This document shows positions 62,537 to 64,000 of a stretch of 64,000 bases of DNA, one piece after another. Below the pieces are notes generated by a model. It was not told the origin of the DNA and made no database searches. It was given only the letters and a program-made list of their open reading frames with translations. Within the stretch, counting starts at the first letter, position 1. Each line of letters starts with the position of its first letter. The DNA is from an uncultured Alphaproteobacteria bacterium (GTDB lineage: Bacteria; Pseudomonadota; Alphaproteobacteria; Rhizobiales; Xanthobacteraceae), in contig CAWGKJ010000015.1 in the NCBI GenBank assembly GCA_963823115.1, forward strand, positions 70,795 through 134,794, read 5' to 3'. The position numbers and the translations under genes are program-made.

Positions 62537-63799
62537 ATGAGGCCAGAGCTCGGTACCAGCTTGCGTTGTCTTTTGGGGAGCGCCTCGTTGCAGACTTGTT
62601 GCAGGGTCCTGACAATTGCAGCCGCGTTATCGGCAGTCAGCCCGCTACCCGCATCTGCCCAGGAAACGATTCGAATTGGCGTCCTCAACGATCAGTCGGG
62701 GGCATTTGCTTCGTTTCAGGGCGTTGGGTCGGTCGTCGCGGCGCAGATGGCCGTCGAGGACTATGGTGGAAGGGCTGCCGGCAAGAAGGTCGAGGTGATA
62801 TCCGCCGACCATCAGAACAAGACCGACATCGGCGTCAATATTGCGCGCCGCTGGTACGAGACGGAAAACGTCGACGCGATCTTTGACTTGCCAAATTCCG
62901 CCATCGCCTTGGCCGTCGCCAACATGACGGAACAAAAGAACAAGGTTTTCGTCGGATCGGGTGCGGGCACGGCGCTCCTCACGGGCGAAAAATGCACCCC
63001 GAACACCGTGCATTGGACCTACGATACCTACGCCTATGGTCACGGATTGGGAAAAGCCGTTCTCGCCCAAGGCGGCAAGACATGGTTCTTCCTGACGGCC
63101 GACTATGCGTTCGGAGCCGATCTGGAAAAGCAGGCATCCGAAGCGGTCAAGGCCGGAGGCGGGCAGGTGCTCGGCGCGGTCCGCCATCCCCTCGGCAATG
63201 CCGACTACGCGTCATTTCTCCTCCAGGCACAGTCTTCCGGAGCCCAGATCGTTGCGCTGGCTAACGCAGGCGACGATACAACCGTTTCGATCAAGCAGGC
63301 GGCTGAATTCGGCCTGACCAGAAAGCAAAAGATTGTGGGCTTGATTCTGGGCATCAACAGCATTCCCGTGCTGACGCTCAGGGCGGCGCAAGGCGCCCAG
63401 TTCCTGAATCCGTTCTATTGGGACCTTAACGACGGCACACGGGCATTCACAAAGAGATATGTGGAGAGGCATCCTCAGCACAACGTCCCGAATGACATGC
63501 AGGCCGGCGTCTATGCTTCCGTCATTCACTATCTCAAAGCTGTCGACAAGGTCGGCTCGGCGGCCGATGGAAAATCGGTGGTCGCAGCTATGAAGGCCTT
63601 GCCGACCGACGACCCGTTGTTCGGCAAAGGCTACATCCGGAGCGACGGACGGAAGATCCATCCGATGTATCTGCTGGAGGTCAAGAAGCCAGAGGAATCG
63701 ACAAGCAGTTGGGACCTTCTGAAGCTGGTGTCGACCCTTCCCGGCGAAGATGCTTTCCGTCCGGAAAGCGAAGGAAATTGCCGGTTGACGGCGAAATGA
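62537..63799 (+). CDS. ABC substrate-binding protein (branched-chain/aromatic acid type)
   Basis: IGVLNDQSG, ADHQNK.D, HWTYDT, TADYAFG, IR.DGR.IHPMYL. AGGAGG RBS. Confidence 0.9.
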   Translation: MRPELGTSLRCLLGSASLQTCCRVLTIAAALSAVSPLPASAQETIRIGVLNDQSGAFASFQGVGSVVAAQMAVEDYGGRAAGKKVEVISADHQNKTDIGVNIARRWYETENVDAIFDLPNSAIALAVANMTEQKNKVFVGSGAGTALLTGEKCTPNTVHWTYDTYAYGHGLGKAVLAQGGKTWFFLTADYAFGADLEKQASEAVKAGGGQVLGAVRHPLGNADYASFLLQAQSSGAQIVALANAGDDTTVSIKQAAEFGLTRKQKIVGLILGINSIPVLTLRAAQGAQFLNPFYWDLNDGTRAFTKRYVERHPQHNVPNDMQAGVYASVIHYLKAVDKVGSAADGKSVVAAMKALPTDDPLFGKGYIRSDGRKIHPMYLLEVKKPEESTSSWDLLKLVSTLPGEDAFRPESEGNCRLTAK

Positions 63800-63923
63800 A
63801 GATTCGATCCAGTATGGTAAAATGACCAGAATGAGCGCGCTTTCATGCGTTATGGCCGAAGCGCGCGGTTCTTGCGTAGAGCAAAACAAAGCCCCGCTAT
63901 CAGAAGGGCGCCCGAGGAAACAT

Positions 63924-64000
63924 ATGACCATCGCTGCCGCTAACCGCCGCGACAATTCCGCAACGCTGTTCGCTGTGCCCGCGATCGTGGCAGATCGACG
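63924..64000 (+). CDS. Possible start of a CDS running off the window, product unknown
   Basis: GAGGAAACAT-ATG followed by an open frame to the window end. Confidence 0.35.
   Translation, partial: MTIAAANRRDNSATLFAVPAIVADR

Noticed and set aside
1-64000. CRISPR arrays, tRNA/rRNA, transposases, integrases, cobalamin riboswitch near the mutase
   Set aside because: None recognised by eye. Covariance-model searches would be needed to exclude small RNAs.

Overview
GC-rich bacterial DNA, probably from an alphaproteobacterium of the Hyphomicrobiales (inferred from a Rhizobiales-type palindromic repeat at ~56.3 kb and Rhodopseudomonas-like bad/hba/ali genes). The whole window is a supercluster for anaerobic aromatic degradation. 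Left to right: end of an ABC binding protein and a PaaX regulator; a five-gene 2-oxoacid oxidoreductase operon (iorA, iorB fused to a ferredoxin/delta domain, then alpha/beta/gamma subunits); tandem GNAT, hemerythrin-like and ferritin-like genes; korAB; the Thauera-type benzoyl-CoA pathway (had, oah, dch, bcrCBAD, fdx, paaY-like); a degenerate Had fragment, hbaR-like Crp/Fnr regulator and RidA; hcrCAB and hbaA; an SDR/crotonase/acyl-CoA dehydrogenase trio; badM/badL; an anaerobic indole-3-acetate (iaa) cluster with an HbaEFGH-like ABC transporter; badR, badI, aliA, badH, badA; and a MarR/binding-protein pair. About 21 single-base frameshifts, nearly all +1 and mostly in the right half, look like long-read errors. 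The most promising leads are the IOR/OFOR hybrid operon, an oxygenase-less abm-like module that could process 2-aminobenzoyl-CoA anaerobically, a BadL/BadM/FNR junction that could link IAA breakdown to reductase induction, and a Had-derived possible pseudo-enzyme. All assignments come from motif recognition and gene context; no database searches were run.
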